The notes under the pieces are model-generated. The model was not told the origin of the DNA, made no database searches, and was given only the letters and a program-made list of their open reading frames with translations. DNA of 63,372 bases, counting the filler, from Globobulimina sp. (taxonomy: Eukaryota), in the NCBI GenBank assembly GCA_003354225.1. It is 33 parts of 33 records of this genome, joined end to end, with 100 filler letters (N's around TTAATTAATTAA, not from the genome) between each part and the next. Parts side by side here need not be neighbours in the genome. Positions count along the whole stretch, not along the records: positions 11,551 to 13,374 come from PIVH01011509.1; positions 13,475 to 15,298 come from PIVH01011510.1; positions 15,399 to 17,222 come from PIVH01011511.1; positions 17,323 to 19,146 come from PIVH01011512.1; positions 19,247 to 21,070 come from PIVH01011513.1; positions 21,171 to 22,994 come from PIVH01011514.1; 27 more parts are not named here. One strand, written 5' to 3'. Each line of letters starts with the position of its first letter. Positions within the stretch are counted from its first letter, which is position 1. Below are positions 11,552 through 22,167 of the stretch, piece after piece. A program made the translations under genes and the position numbers.

Positions 11552-12448
11552 ATTGTATTTGAAGGGGAAAAATGTACAAACATTTATTCAACAAAATTTC
11601 ATCGAATTTCATATGCTTTAACACCATTGACAGAATATTATAAATTCCAAAGTGTTTATAATGAAATTGCGGCAAAGCATGAGTTGGAAACATATTATTT
11701 TGATGAATTTATGGTATATTCCAGTTTGGCGGATATTTTACAGAATCGTTTCTGGAGACAATTTGGTTGGAGTGTGTTGGCGATATTTATTATTGACTTA
11801 ATGTTTGCAACACCATTGATTTTAATATTAATTATGATTGGCATTTTAATGATAAATATTACGTTGTTTGGCTGGATGTATATTAATAACATTACAATGA
11901 CACCGATAATATTTACATTATTTACTTTTGCCGTTGGGTTAACATCAAATTATATGATATATATTACACATTATTTAATATATTATTTAAAAGAAAAATC
12001 ATTGAATTTAAAACATAAAAATGATCAATATTATGAAAAGAGAGTTGATTTTGTGTTGATTTCAATTCAAACATTTACAATTTTTGGATTTATCACAACA
12101 TTTTTGGGCATATTGCCATTTTGTGGCACTCAGACAAAAGAATTTGATGCTGTTTTTATTATGATTTCGGGTCTATTGTTTATTACATTAATGTATTCGT
12201 TTTTATTTATTCCAATAATTACGGTTTGGTTATTACCGATTTTACAAATGTTGGATAAAAAAGTTGACAAATTTCAGAATAGAGAGAAAAAAGCATGTCA
12301 TTGTTGTGGATATGTGAGGTATGGATGTTGTCCACCAATTTTTAGAAAGGAATATAAAAAAGCAGATGGATGTTGTAAATGGGAATTAATACATCCGGTT
12401 GCTCAACAAATTGAGCAAAGTGATGATGATTCTGATAAGAACGATTAA
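11552..12448 (+). CDS. Patched/NPC1/Dispatched-like RND membrane protein, C-terminal TM bundle (5' partial)
   Basis: Five hydrophobic helices; FAVGLTSNYMIYITHY resembles GLxVDYxxHI; also TTFLGILP and YSFLFIPII. Confidence 0.75.
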   Translation: MVFEGEKCTNIYSTKFHRISYALTPLTEYYKFQSVYNEIAAKHELETYYFDEFMVYSSLADILQNRFWRQFGWSVLAIFIIDLMFATPLILILIMIGILMINITLFGWMYINNITMTPIIFTLFTFAVGLTSNYMIYITHYLIYYLKEKSLNLKHKNDQYYEKRVDFVLISIQTFTIFGFITTFLGILPFCGTQTKEFDAVFIMISGLLFITLMYSFLFIPIITVWLLPILQMLDKKVDKFQNREKKACHCCGYVRYGCCPPIFRKEYKKADGCCKWELIHPVAQQIEQSDDDSDKND

Positions 12449-12602
12449 GAACAATAGATATTATATTTAAAAGAAGCAATTAACTTCATTTCATTTAAAA
12501 AGCTAGATGTTTTTCACTGTTAACTTCACACACAAAATTATTGAATTCATCAACTGACAGTTTATTAAACAATAAATAATACTTTTTTAGGTTCATCATC
12601 CA

Positions 12603-13374
12603 ATGCATATCGCAGACAACAACAACTCGTCGTTATCTTTACCAGATAACGACAGCAGTGCTGATCTTGGTGACATTCAATTAGCAAACCTGAGTAAAAG
12701 CGAGAGCGATGATCATGAATCATTAATTAAATTAGACTCAGATGACATACCCATTGAAATACATACAAGGTCATCCTGTGAACTTTGTAAGTCATTAATA
12801 GGTGCAGCAGCTGGTAACTTTCTAGAATGGTTTGATTTTGCAATATTCGGTAAAAAAATGCATTATTAATAATTCAATAATAAACAAATTCAATATATTT
12901 CCACATAACAAAACAGGTCTTTTAGCAGACGAAATTGGTCACAATTTTTTCCCGAAAAGTGCGCCCGGCGTACAATTATTGCAAGCATTTGCAGTGTACG
13001 CAGGCGCATTTTTAATGCGACCATTAGGCGGAGCATTATTTGGTTGGATTGGTGATAAATATGGACGTTTAACCGCATTGCGTATATCAATATTTATGAT
13101 GGCATTTCCTACATTTTTGACTGGCTGTTTACCGACATATAATTCAATCGGTGTGACTGCAACAATTTTATTGGTACTTTTACGATTAATACAAGGTTTA
13201 TCAGTGGGCGGCGAGATCACTGGCGCCTTGGTCTATGTGTTAGAAATATGTCCACCAAACAGACGCTCATTGTTTGGTGTCTTAGTACAAATATCTGGCT
13301 CTGGCACTTTGTTGGCCATCATCGTTGAAGCAACAATGCGGAAAATGTTTACAGATCAACAAATATATCAATTT
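12603..13374 (+). CDS. MFS metabolite:H+ symporter (ProP-like), 3' partial; intron 12850-12916
   Basis: GNFLEWFDFAIFG, AFLMRPLGGALFGWIGDKYGR, LRLIQGLSVGGE; 67-nt GT-AG intron. Confidence 0.93.
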
Positions 13375-13476
13375 NNNNNNNNNNNNNNNNNNNNNNNNNN
13401 NNNNNNNNNNNNNNNNNNTTAATTAATTAANNNNNNNNNNNNNNNNNNNNNNNNNNNNNNNNNNNNNNNNNNNNTT

Positions 13477-15009
13477 AATCAAAATCAAAGTCAAAATCAA
13501 AATCAAAGTCAAAATCAGACTCAGAATGCTTACCACAATTATGCCCTTCAACAGCAATATAATTATGTTGCACTTCAACAGCATCAAAAACAGCAACAGC
13601 AGCAACAGCCACCGCCACCGCAACCGCAGCAGCCACAAACACAGACACAGCCACAGCCACAGCCACAGCCACAGCAACAGTCTCCAGAATACAAACAAGA
13701 ATCAAACATTTTAAAAGAAAAACTGCTCGAAGCTCAATTGTGTCATCAAGAAAAAGTAGAACGTGGTTCAATACATTTCCCCGCCTCCGATTTGTGCGGT
13801 CGATATGAATTTATTCGCTATTTAGGGCATGGTTCGTATGGCCATGTCTGCGAAGCGCGGTCATTGCTCAGCCGCCACAAACACGAAGCCGTTGCAATTA
13901 AGAAAGTGCCGCATGTCTTTCGCAACATCACCGACGCAAAGCGATTGCTGCGCGAATTGGTGATACTACGCACTGTCAAACAGCACGAAGCCATCATCAC
14001 ATTGATCGATATATTGCCACCGAATGATATTCAAAACTTTGATACCTTGTACCTAGTCTTTGAATTTGTAGATACCGACTTATCGCAATTAATTAATTCG
14101 CCACAGAACTTTGAGAAGTTGCATGCGCAGTATATCATATATCAAATATTGCTGGGTCTGCAATACCTGCATAGTGCCAATATTTGTCATCGCGACCTGA
14201 AGCCCGCCAATATCTTGGTCAATGAGAATGTGTCCACCAAAATATGCGACTTTGGCTTAGCTCGCGGCATCAGCGAGAACTGCATCGCTCAAAAACCAAA
14301 ACCAAAATCACACTCAAAACTGCAAATTAAAAAAGAGTTTAAAGACAAGAAAGGAGAGAAAAGCAATAAAATCGGGCGGCAGTTAACCAAACATGTGGTG
14401 ACGCGGTGGTACCGGGCGCCCGAAGTGATATTATTTAGTCAACGGCGCGAATATTTGACTGCCATCGATATGTGGAGTGTTGGCTGTATTTTGTCAGAGT
14501 TATTGATGATGATTGGGGATAATGGCAATTTTAAACAACGCCAGCCGTTATTTCCAGGCCGGTCGTGTTTTCCGTTAAGTGCTCGCGATCCGGAAGCATA
14601 TAAAGATAATTTGGATCAATTAAATTGTATTTTTAAAGTGATTGGCACGCCGTCACCCGATGAAATTGAAAAAATCAAAGATAAACAGGCCAGAGCATAT
14701 TTAGAGAAATTGGCGAAAAATTCGTTTCAAAAACCACTAGATTTAAATCTGAAATTTCAGCATGCATCAAAACAAGAATTAGATTTATTGCGGAGATTGT
14801 TGCAGTTTGATGTGGAGAAAAGGATCACTGTGGACCAGCCCTTGTCGCGGCCGTATTTGGAGGATGTCCGCGATTTGCAGGCCGAACTCAGACATAAAAA
14901 AGTTATTTTTGAATTTGAAGACGTTGCCTTAGATATTAAAACTATCTATGAACTAATTGTTGATGAAATATGTCAATATAATGCCAATTTATTATCTGAG
15001 TCTGACTGA
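13477..15009 (+). CDS. Mitogen-activated protein kinase, atypical TxH type, with Q/P-rich N-terminal extension (5' partial)
   Basis: GHGSYG, VAIKK, DAKRLLRE, HRDLKPAN, DFGLAR, LTKHVVTRWYRAPE; the frame is open from 13477. Confidence 0.95.
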   Translation, partial: NQNQSQNQNQSQNQTQNAYHNYALQQQYNYVALQQHQKQQQQQQPPPPQPQQPQTQTQPQPQPQPQQQSPEYKQESNILKEKLLEAQLCHQEKVERGSIHFPASDLCGRYEFIRYLGHGSYGHVCEARSLLSRHKHEAVAIKKVPHVFRNITDAKRLLRELVILRTVKQHEAIITLIDILPPNDIQNFDTLYLVFEFVDTDLSQLINSPQNFEKLHAQYIIYQILLGLQYLHSANICHRDLKPANILVNENVSTKICDFGLARGISENCIAQKPKPKSHSKLQIKKEFKDKKGEKSNKIGRQLTKHVVTRWYRAPEVILFSQRREYLTAIDMWSVGCILSELLMMIGDNGNFKQRQPLFPGRSCFPLSARDPEAYKDNLDQLNCIFKVIGTPSPDEIEKIKDKQARAYLEKLAKNSFQKPLDLNLKFQHASKQELDLLRRLLQFDVEKRITVDQPLSRPYLEDVRDLQAELRHKKVIFEFEDVALDIKTIYELIVDEICQYNANLLSESD

Positions 15010-15413
15010 CTGACTAATTACTTATCACTTATAACTAACTCCATTGTATAATGTTTCTCATTGTTTCTGTTGTCTTTGTCTCTGTCTCTGTCTCTTTTAT
15101 CCTTGCACACATTGACATTTTTGTTTGTTTTTGTTTTCCATCTTTTTATTATTATTATTATGATACTATATAAATATTTATAAGAGCATATCCCATACAA
15201 GCGTTTGCCGAATCCCCTTGGCGATGGGTGACCCACATTTTACGATCTAGAATTTTTTTGGTGTCAATTCTCAAAAATGCAAAGTTTTTTATGGATATNN
15301 NNNNNNNNNNNNNNNNNNNNNNNNNNNNNNNNNNNNNNNNNNTTAATTAATTAANNNNNNNNNNNNNNNNNNNNNNNNNNNNNNNNNNNNNNNNNNNNTT
15401 TATTGCTCAAAAA

Positions 15414-15590
15414 GCATGTTTTTCATTGAAAATCATAGAATACGAAAACGGTGTAATTTTGATGCAAACCAGTGTCATTGCAATGCATGTTTTTCAATGA
15501 AATTTACAGAATATGAAAAGTGTGTAAAATCAGTGCCATTTCAATGCAAACTGTGTATTTTCGATGAAAAGTATGTTTTTCAGTGAAAAA
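15414..15590. repeat. Degenerate tandem repeat (about 70-85 nt unit) at the contig start
   Basis: Recurrent (g)catgtttttca(a/t/g)tgaaa...agaata(c/t)gaaaa and cagtg.catt.caatgca. Confidence 0.6.
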
Positions 15591-15966
15591 ACAATGATTT
15601 TTCTAATTCAAACTATTACAGTATTATTTTACCCAAATCAAACAAAATTAAACGTTTAACAGCTTTTCAAAAAAAATGAAAATTTGCGAATTTCTAACTT
15701 TGGTCGCAGTTTACACATTTGGTCACAGTTTACACATTTATGTTGTTTGGTTATTATGCGTATGTTTTAAACAAACCTATGATGCAAAACATAAGATCAT
15801 ATTTGTGTGAAATTTGTGGATGCCATTTTGTAAACAATGTTTTGAATTTGGCACAATTAAATCGATGCGTGGTTTATTTGGCAAAAAGTGTGTCTGAAAC
15901 AACACAAGTTTTGTTTTGGACACAGTTTTTTACGCCACAGAAAATAAACTACTATTATTTAAGAAC

Positions 15967-16881
15967 ATGGCATCGCCTCAACAGCAACAGCAACAGCAAC
16001 AAGAACAACAACCACGCCAACAATTGACAATAAACGCAGCTTTGGATACATTATGTACGATGTTTGAATCCGTTGATCGCGATGTGATTCATATGATATT
16101 AATCGAGGGTTGTTCAGGAAATATGGAGAGCGCCGTTGAAGCATTGTTAACAATGACTGGCGGCATTTCGCAGCCATCACAACCATCACAGCCATCGATA
16201 GCTAAACCTCAACATCAACATCAACCTCAATCTAAACCTATTGTGGCTGAAGCAAATGAAGCAAAAATTAATTTGAATTTGGCCGATGATTTTTTGCGCC
16301 CACCGTCGTATTTTCTATCTTTGTATGAGAGTTCGCATGAAATTGACTTTGAGCGTGCACAAAAAAAGCAAATCATCGAAGATGAAATATTCGCAGCGGC
16401 AATATTCGAAGATTCGCTGTTTGCGGCTGATTTGCACGCAAATCCAGAATGGGTTTTAGAGGAAATAAATGATTTAAAAAAGAAAAGAAAAAAAACTAAA
16501 AGTAACAATAATAATTACAATGTGGATGTTGATGTGGATGTGGATGTGGATAACAATAATGTGGATCCCTCCGATTTGAATGCACGAAAACTATCATTCA
16601 AACAAAGATTTAATACGTTAGGAAATGCAGCAAAGCAAAAACTGGGCATTTTAGCACATAAATTACAGAGAAATAAACAAGCAACAAAATCAAAATCAAA
16701 ATCAAAAAATAGAGATAATGGCCATCAATATCGTAATATATTAAAATCCATCGACGACGAAGAGTTAATTGATCCCTCCATTGACGATGACAATAATTCA
16801 ATCATTCAAGTTGCCTCTGAAGATAATCGGGGCACATATCATGCTCCCATTGTCCCCAAAAAACCTACTCAACCGTTATAA
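15967..16881 (+). CDS. CUE (ubiquitin-binding) domain protein
   Basis: ALDTLCTMFESVDRDVIHMIL...GNMESAVEALLTM fits a CUE domain; polyQ; LADDFLRPP. Confidence 0.8.
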   Translation: MASPQQQQQQQQEQQPRQQLTINAALDTLCTMFESVDRDVIHMILIEGCSGNMESAVEALLTMTGGISQPSQPSQPSIAKPQHQHQPQSKPIVAEANEAKINLNLADDFLRPPSYFLSLYESSHEIDFERAQKKQIIEDEIFAAAIFEDSLFAADLHANPEWVLEEINDLKKKRKKTKSNNNNYNVDVDVDVDVDNNNVDPSDLNARKLSFKQRFNTLGNAAKQKLGILAHKLQRNKQATKSKSKSKNRDNGHQYRNILKSIDDEELIDPSIDDDNNSIIQVASEDNRGTYHAPIVPKKPTQPL

Positions 16882-17322
16882 ACTTCTTCTTTTCTTTTCT
16901 TTTTGAGTCTAAAATCTTTTTCATTTAAACAATACATCATCAGACAGTTCTACCATCTCATTTTCTTTCCTTTCCAATTTTCATTTATTTGGTGATGCAT
17001 TCCAAAAGATAAATTTGTTCTGACGTTGTTCTGGATTTGCAAACCTATAGCAAACCATTTCTGGGTTATCTTTTGGAATATATCGTTTACAGTCCTTTAA
17101 GAAAAAAAGTTTGAACTTCTTGCAAGTTCTTACGAATGAAATGTCTCTTTTCGTAAAAACGTTACCTTTTTGAATTGAACTCAGTTTGTTTGCTTTGATT
17201 TATAACTATTTATTACCAAAAANNNNNNNNNNNNNNNNNNNNNNNNNNNNNNNNNNNNNNNNNNNNTTAATTAATTAANNNNNNNNNNNNNNNNNNNNNN
17301 NNNNNNNNNNNNNNNNNNNNNN

Positions 17323-17618
17323 GTTAAATGTTTTCGTTCATTTTGCTCTGAATATTGTTTCCATGTTTTACTGACTGCTTTTGTATGATATAAGCCACCG
17401 AATGATAAAATATATTGAATGATGTCTGCAGGGAATATATCGCCAATTGCAAAAAGATTTAAATCTAATTCCTCGATTTGTTGACTAATGAAATGTTTGA
17501 TATGAGATAGAGGAATAACCCGTAATATTGAAATTAAATCGTTGAAACAGTCAGTTGACCCTACTCGTTTCTGTAAGCAATTTTTGAAGAAAGAAAAATT
17601 GTTAGGTCTGGCTTCCAT
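17323..17618 (-). CDS. F-box-like protein, N-terminus (3' partial)
   Basis: IFPADIIQYILSF...AVSKTW fits the F-box pattern. Confidence 0.6.
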
Positions 17619-17849
17619 GGTCTACAGTATTGTTATGTATAGAAAAAAAAAATGTTACAGAACGACATTGCCCGAAGATTTAATCGATATCATTACAGCA
17701 GCTCCGACATCAACCATTGGTCCGACGAAGCCTTATTACCAAAAAAAAGTAAAAGGTAAATCATCACAAAAAAAGAGACCACCACAAAAAACGACAACTA
17801 TGTGAACTAAATTTGTCAGAGAACAATTTTTGAAAAAGAAATAAATAAA

Positions 17850-19145
17850 TTAAACATTCGAGGTCACATCAACCAAATTCTTAACCATATCCCAATAAGA
17901 AGTCACTCCATGTACACCCAAAAACTTTTTCAAACCAATCTCACTAAAATTCTTCTGATAAAACACTTGAAACGACCGTTTTGCCACTGTCCCCAGCCAC
18001 ACTTTCTCGCACTTACACTTCGCCACTTTGCCATCACCACTCTCATCCTCCTCCCATTTAATCCGATTCATCACCAAATGTGTAAACTTGCCAATCCCTT
18101 TCGGCCCACCTTCCACAACCACCATATGCAAACCCCTCCCTTTCCCACCACCTTCCTGCTTCACGCCATCCTCATCGCACACCGTAACCAACGCCCCCGT
18201 CAGATTCCGCTGTTGCGCATTCAGCCGCACCTTCGTCTTATTCAGCACCGCCAACCCGCCACTCACCACAAACACGCCCACATGCACTTCCTTGCTCGTG
18301 TCCTCCTGCAACTTCCTCCGTTTCTTCTCGCGCCGCTCCACAGCGCCCAGCTGCTTGCTCGCGTTATGCAGCTCGTGCTTGGCTCTCCGTTTCCACATTT
18401 GAGCTCTGACGATGCTCTCCGCCGCGGTCGGGTCCCTAATGGCCGCCGCGCCCAATACCCGTATGATGTTACTTAGTTTGAGCCGCGGTTCCGGCGCCTC
18501 CCGCAAACCCAAACGGATCTCATCGGTGCGCAGTTCGTGCTGCTGCTTCTTGAGGATTCGGCGCATTTTCTTGCGCTCCTTCTTGGTCAGGATGTACGTG
18601 CTGTTGCTGTCTGTTTCTGTGTGGGTTAACAGCTCCGGCCGCAGAATGAGCGGGTTCTCGATCAGCGAGGTGATCATCTCGCGTTTGTGCGGACTGCTGT
18701 AATCGGCGGCGGTCAGCAACGGTTTGTCCCACCATTCGACGGTGGGGATGAAATCCAGCCATTCCAGGCCAGTGTCGTCGAGGTGGTTGATGCACGGATC
18801 AGAGTCGTGGAACTTGTGTGGTTTGGCCGTGTTTGCGGCGGTTTTGATGAATTTGAAAGCGTGCGAACGGTGGAGGCGCGTCGCCGGTTTGATTATGATG
18901 TCGGAGTCGTAGAATTCGTCGAGGTCAGTGTCGGAGTTGTCGTTTTCGGAGTGGTTGGGCTCGATGGGTTGGTCGAAGAACTCCTCTGTTTGGCTCATGA
19001 GAGGGTTGCCATGCTCGTCGAGCAGCAGTGGTTCTATTTTTTGCTGTTTTTGCTGTTGCAGATTGATGGAATGGATCAGCGAGTTTACGCCGGCGGTTAT
19101 GAGGGAATTGAGGTTGCTTTTCGATGGCTTTGTGGCGTTTTCGCG
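17850..19145 (-). CDS. PRPF3: U4/U6 snRNP protein Prp3 (5' partial)
   Basis: PLLLDEHG, IPTVEWWD, LTKKERKKMRR, IRLGL..APEPRLKLSNIIRVLG..AIRDPT, NAQQRNLTG, VVVEGGPKG, VWLG. Confidence 0.95.
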   Translation of the reverse strand, partial: RENATKPSKSNLNSLITAGVNSLIHSINLQQQKQQKIEPLLLDEHGNPLMSQTEEFFDQPIEPNHSENDNSDTDLDEFYDSDIIIKPATRLHRSHAFKFIKTAANTAKPHKFHDSDPCINHLDDTGLEWLDFIPTVEWWDKPLLTAADYSSPHKREMITSLIENPLILRPELLTHTETDSNSTYILTKKERKKMRRILKKQQHELRTDEIRLGLREAPEPRLKLSNIIRVLGAAAIRDPTAAESIVRAQMWKRRAKHELHNASKQLGAVERREKKRRKLQEDTSKEVHVGVFVVSGGLAVLNKTKVRLNAQQRNLTGALVTVCDEDGVKQEGGGKGRGLHMVVVEGGPKGIGKFTHLVMNRIKWEEDESGDGKVAKCKCEKVWLGTVAKRSFQVFYQKNFSEIGLKKFLGVHGVTSYWDMVKNLVDVTSNV

Positions 19146-19246
19146 CNNNNNNNNNNNNNNNNNNNNNNNNNNNNNNNNNNNNNNNNNNNNTTAATTAATT
19201 AANNNNNNNNNNNNNNNNNNNNNNNNNNNNNNNNNNNNNNNNNNNN

Positions 19247-19750
19247 TCTTTTTATTTTTCTGATTATTCCTTGATGAGTGCATTTGTGCTTCGTATGCTA
19301 ACAATGTGTAAAGCATCCACCTTTGTTGTATTTTATTTATTTTTATTACATCATCAATTCAATTAATGATTACAGACACATTATAGTGACGTACCAAGAT
19401 GTAAATGCCCATGCTGTGGCATAACAATTTCTTTGTGCTCGCCATTGTTTGCTCTTTGGATGTAAGGAAAGTGCTGAAACAGATGCCATAGTATCATGCG
19501 CTCTTTCTTGCGCTGGCTCATTTGTCATAACATATGCGTCTTTAATAAGATATCCTAAAATTATTCCTTCAAACACTAAAAAGAAATGTATCATTGGATA
19601 AAATTTGCCCCAAAAATCAAAGAAAAATAATGCTTTCAATGCTCGATACGAATACTTCCTTAATTTATTTGGTGTAATTACTAATAATACTGATGCTATA
19701 AATGGAAAAAATCCAGAGTATAACACGAAACCCCAAATAGAAAAGCCCAT
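19247..19750 (-). CDS. BAP29/BAP31-like ER membrane protein (3' partial); intron 19321-19394
   Basis: Three TM segments and KQWRAQRNCY (the BAP31 FRAQRNxY motif). Confidence 0.75.
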
Positions 19751-19797
19751 GTTTCAAATTGTCGATAGAGCTGGAAAACCTTTACACAAAATACTTA

Positions 19798-21070
19798 ATG
19801 TTGAACATGACTGCGACAGGCTTAGGAGTTGATATTTTGGATAGAAAACAATGGTTAATAGACAATAAACTTGAAGACGCAATCACAGTTTTTGAGAAAC
19901 GCAATGTAGAAATAGAGGAATTATTAACATTTGAAAAGAACGACTTAATGGAATTTGCCAAAGATATTTTAGAGTTAGATGTGTTGGCCAGAAATAGGTT
20001 TATAAAAGCAATTAATACATTAACTGATAAAAAAAAACAAAGCAATAAAAAAAATAAAATTGATTATAAGTTTAATTTTAATTTTGAACCCCCATCGTCT
20101 GTGATATCACCGTTAGAACATAAAGCAAAAGAAAGTTTATTTGAACGAAATAATGAAATAGCAAAGTTATGTTATGATATAAATAATGCATCAAATGATA
20201 CTTTAAACAAATCATATTGTAATGTTTTGACACAAATTGAGAACATATTTGATGACATTATCAATAAATTAAACAAAAAAAAACAAGAATTGATTATAAA
20301 TATTGAGCATATTGAAAAACAAAAAACAGATAAATTACAGAAACAATTTCAATTATTCAATGTCGAATATATACAAATATTAAACAACACAAAACAAGGA
20401 TATTATAAACATATTGAGGACAAAAACGTAGATATTAAATCACGACAAAAAACTGTATTAAAATTAATATCAAATGTATTGACTGACAGCAAATATGAAA
20501 TGTATTTAACAACAGCACCAAATATACAATTTAAAATTGCAAAGGAATTTGTGAATGAATTTCTGAATAAAATGGAAATAAGTAATTGTGATCAACCACA
20601 TTGTCCGTGTATTATGCTTCGTAAATATGCAGCAACCACAATTACGATAAAATGGGAATTTATGAAATGTAAAGTTTCTAATATACAAATACAATACGCA
20701 TTGTTACCTAAAAAAAGTAAATCGATATATTATGCTGATCAAAATGACATCGATGATGATGGAAACCGTGATTTACCACAAACAGACTCAGCAAACCATA
20801 GCGATCCAAGTGGTTATAATTCAGATACGGGATATGATAAAACACAGAAACGAAAAATAAAAAATAAACAGCACAAAAAAGTGATGCAATTACCAGATGA
20901 TATAAATATTGATTCGTTAAAATGGAAACTGATTGAAAAAAGAAATAAAAATAATTATTATGAAATTAAAGGGTTAATTCATGACAGATTTTATGTGTTT
21001 CGTGTACGCGGATGCAATGAGAATGGATATGGTGAATATAGCAAATGCATTGTCGGCAAAACAAACAAAT
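19798..21070 (+). CDS. SAM-like / coiled-coil / FN3 protein (3' partial, no introns visible)
   Basis: QWLIDNKL...EELLTF..NDL...L.LDVLARNRFIKAI (SAM-like); heptads; YEIKGL...YVFRVRGCNENGYGEYS (FN3). Confidence 0.7.
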
Positions 21071-21170
21071 NNNNNNNNNNNNNNNNNNNNNNNNNNNNNN
21101 NNNNNNNNNNNNNNTTAATTAATTAANNNNNNNNNNNNNNNNNNNNNNNNNNNNNNNNNNNNNNNNNNNN

Positions 21171-21290
21171 GATGTCAAATGCTTAATTTCAAGACATTTA
21201 CCACTGACATCATGGACAGTCATGATTCCAAATGCTTAATTTCAAGACATTTACCGCTGACATCATGGACAGTCATGATGTCAAATGCTT
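21171..21290. repeat. 53-bp tandem repeat, about 2.3 copies, running off the contig start
   Basis: gatgtcaaatgcttaatttcaagacatttacc(a/g)ctgacatcatggacagtcat is repeated. Confidence 0.9.
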
Positions 21291-21721
21291 AGATATTCAC
21301 CACTATGTAAAACATATAACAAAATATAAAACAAAAAAACATATAACAATAGTAATGTATTGTTTGTATATGATAATTGTTGAGATAACAATAATGGATA
21401 TAGTAATATTGCATGTATGGGGACAGTATGAAGAATAATAATCATCTGAATGCATGTATGGGGACAGTTTTATCCACTGTTTCTATAGTAAATAATAAAT
21501 ATTCAGTTGTTAATAGTAATATGATATCGATGTAATAAGAATAAGAATATTAATATAAGAAGTAAAACGCCATTAAAAAATAATAATTTTACTTCCACAA
21601 TGCCGATCCGCAAAAAACACGCCCTCTTTGGCTAAAACAATACGGCTTTTAATCACTGTGATCACTATGGTTTGTGGCTCTTGGACCAGACAGGAGTGAA
21701 TAATATATATATATATATCAT

Positions 21722-21773
21722 CATATATGATCCCTTGTCATGTCCACCATATATGATCCCTTGTCATGTCCAC
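21722..21773. repeat. Perfect 26-bp tandem duplication
   Basis: catatatgatcccttgtcatgtccac occurs twice. Confidence 0.95.
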
Positions 21774-22167
21774 TAATTTTGAGCAAATTCGACGATAAAA
21801 ATGTATGTAAATCATAACTCGGTTCACAGGCACAGTAAAATTATCATAGGCACGTGATCATAGGATTTTTGAAGATTTGGAATAGGATAGGATAGTATAG
21901 GATAGGCCTAGGATATTGGAACTATTAATGGTAGCTCTAATTTTATTTAAATTTTTAGGTGTTGTTAATAATGGTAAGAAATTGTTTAATGGAAAGTGAA
22001 GCCCTTGGTGACCAAATAAAATGAATCACAAACATCCAACAACACCACTATATGATATTTCACACCACTACAGTATGAAAGTAGTTCTTTAATTATGGTG
22101 CTAAAATGGCTCAAGGAAAAAAAAGCTGAGCATCAAAATCTTTATTTGCGAAGTTTTTTAGATTTGC

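Noticed and set aside
17910-19202. Several long + strand ORFs over Prp3
   Set aside because: Antisense shadows of a GC-rich conserved gene; similar shadows occur at 2109-2595, 3469-3687, 13423-13771 and 59573-60175 over low-complexity sequence.
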